A DNA stretch of 36,208 nt from Rotaria socialis (taxonomy: Eukaryota): the NCBI GenBank assembly GCA_905331295.1, contig CAJNYD010000062.1, positions 558,001 to 594,208 of the forward strand, written 5' to 3'. The notes beneath the pieces were generated by a model. That model was not told the DNA's origin. It did no database searches and saw nothing but the letters and a program-made list of their open reading frames with translations. This document shows positions 34,661-36,208 of the stretch, piece by piece (within the stretch, counting starts at the first letter, position 1; each line of letters opens with the position of its first letter). A program made the translations under genes and the position numbers.

Positions 34661-36208
34661 GAAATGTCATTTTCACGTTGAAGTTACATTACTCCTGCAT
34701 ATGAACATAACTATAATTCATATAGACACTCAAAGTTCAAAACAAAATATAGCATGTTTTTATTTTGTCTTCATCGATTCTATATAATGCAGGACATTCG
34801 AAAACATCGACTAGATTCTGAATACTTTAGATGCATAGAAGTTGTTTGCAATGGAAAATCATAACGATTTTATCATTAATTATAGTTTATATTCACTGTA
34901 ACAGAGTCACAATGTCTCACAAGTAACTGCTTATAATGATTTGACGAAGTTTTGTTGACTAAATATTGAAACTCCATTAGAAATCACTGTTATATCGTTT
35001 TGCTAATAAAGTTGTTCGTGCTGCAGACAAAGACTTAAATATTATTCAATCAACATTTTCCCTTTTGATTGATCAAATTTCAGCTTTATTGTGAAAAAAA
35101 CGATTGAAAAGCAGTGTTGCATGAAACAACAATAACTGCTATGTGGTTTCTTTAATAAATGTGCACGTGAATTAGTTCAATTAAATAATTGCATTTACTT
35201 GTATTCTTTTTCAACTTTTAGATTAATATTTTTCGTGCAAGTTGAGAAAAGAAGAAAGACATGAATAAACGTTATACGACGAAGAACTTCATTTAAAAAA
35301 ACAAGTATTTTCATTTTTTATATGCATGCCGCGTTGTGCATATCTCTCACATTAGAAACATCTGGTGGTGAATCTCGAAAGTCAATAAATTTCGTCACCA
35401 TCTGGTCGACTCGCTTTCAGACGATCCTAGTTTTCGAGGAGTTTTTCCCAAGCTACATTCCACTCCGATGAATTTTAATCAAAATTGAAGAGTAAGCCGA
35501 TCCCGATGGCTTTTATTTTGAGAAATAATATCCTACAAAGATCTTCCGCGGTAGTTTTTCAAACACATTCCAGTGACAGTTCAATCGTTAGGTATCCATA
35601 AGAAAACGGAAAGTATGAAAAACTCAACTTTCGATAGGAGTAAGTGTCTGTTGAATTAAAACGATTTCATTCAGAATATTTTATTTCCTTTAGATACACA
35701 GTAAAATTTTTCAGTAACAATATCATACACATATTAACATTGTAGTAAATAAAAACAGTTGTTAACTACGCCTTCGTCTGGTCAAATGATAAAGCTTCTT
35801 GTTAAAATAAAAGTTTCTACTTTCGTATATAGAACCGAACATTTTACGTGTTAATTACGTAATCCTACAGGAATCAAATTTCAATACAACGCCTAGATGA
35901 ACAGAGTTCTTTATTTTTGCTTGTTTGATAAGTTAAATATAAATAAAATTTCTGTTTTTTTTATCATATTTGATTAACTATTTATTCATTGAATTATAGA
36001 TATCGTATGCTTCTAGAATAAAATATTGCTTTCAAAGAGATATGAACTCATATCATATCTATTGGCATATTCAATCATTTAATCACACAAAAGAAACGAA
36101 CAAAAATTGATTTAAGCGTATATATTTATCATAAATAGTTACAGAGCAAGATGATTCATTTTTTTTTTGATTTTATAACAACAGCAACTTTAAAAAAAGA
36201 CGAAAATA

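Noticed and set aside
1..36208. CRISPR arrays, tRNA/rRNA genes, prokaryotic operons, autonomous transposase or RT
   Set aside because: No regularly spaced repeats, RNA-gene signatures or transposase/RT motifs were seen. The DNA is eukaryotic with spliceosomal introns.

Overview
AT-rich eukaryotic (animal) genomic DNA with many short (~45-70 nt) GT-AG introns. The gene content and architecture look like a bdelloid rotifer (inference, not proven). The left part (1-14.3 kb) is a compact block of intron-rich genes: NudC (partial), RPS28, a secreted VWD-like protein, WDR46/UTP7, MUL1 and an M17 aminopeptidase. One intronless secreted gene resembling Bacillus YrpD sits among them. The right part (14.3-36 kb) is gene-sparse and contains MITEs. 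Its genes have intronless CDSs and several belong to families unusual for animals: a fungal ATR1-type DHA2 MFS exporter, a GT15/KRE2 mannosyltransferase and a SABATH carboxyl methyltransferase. It also holds an NmrA-like fragment, a stop-interrupted 7TM GPCR and a decayed coiled-coil gene with a Gly-rich hydrophobic core. The main points of interest are a probable horizontally acquired accessory island, an operon-like WDR46-MUL1 junction, splice acceptors just upstream of most start codons (possible SL trans-splicing), and a 14-nt microexon inside the aminopeptidase active-site region. All family calls come from motif recognition by eye; no searches were run.
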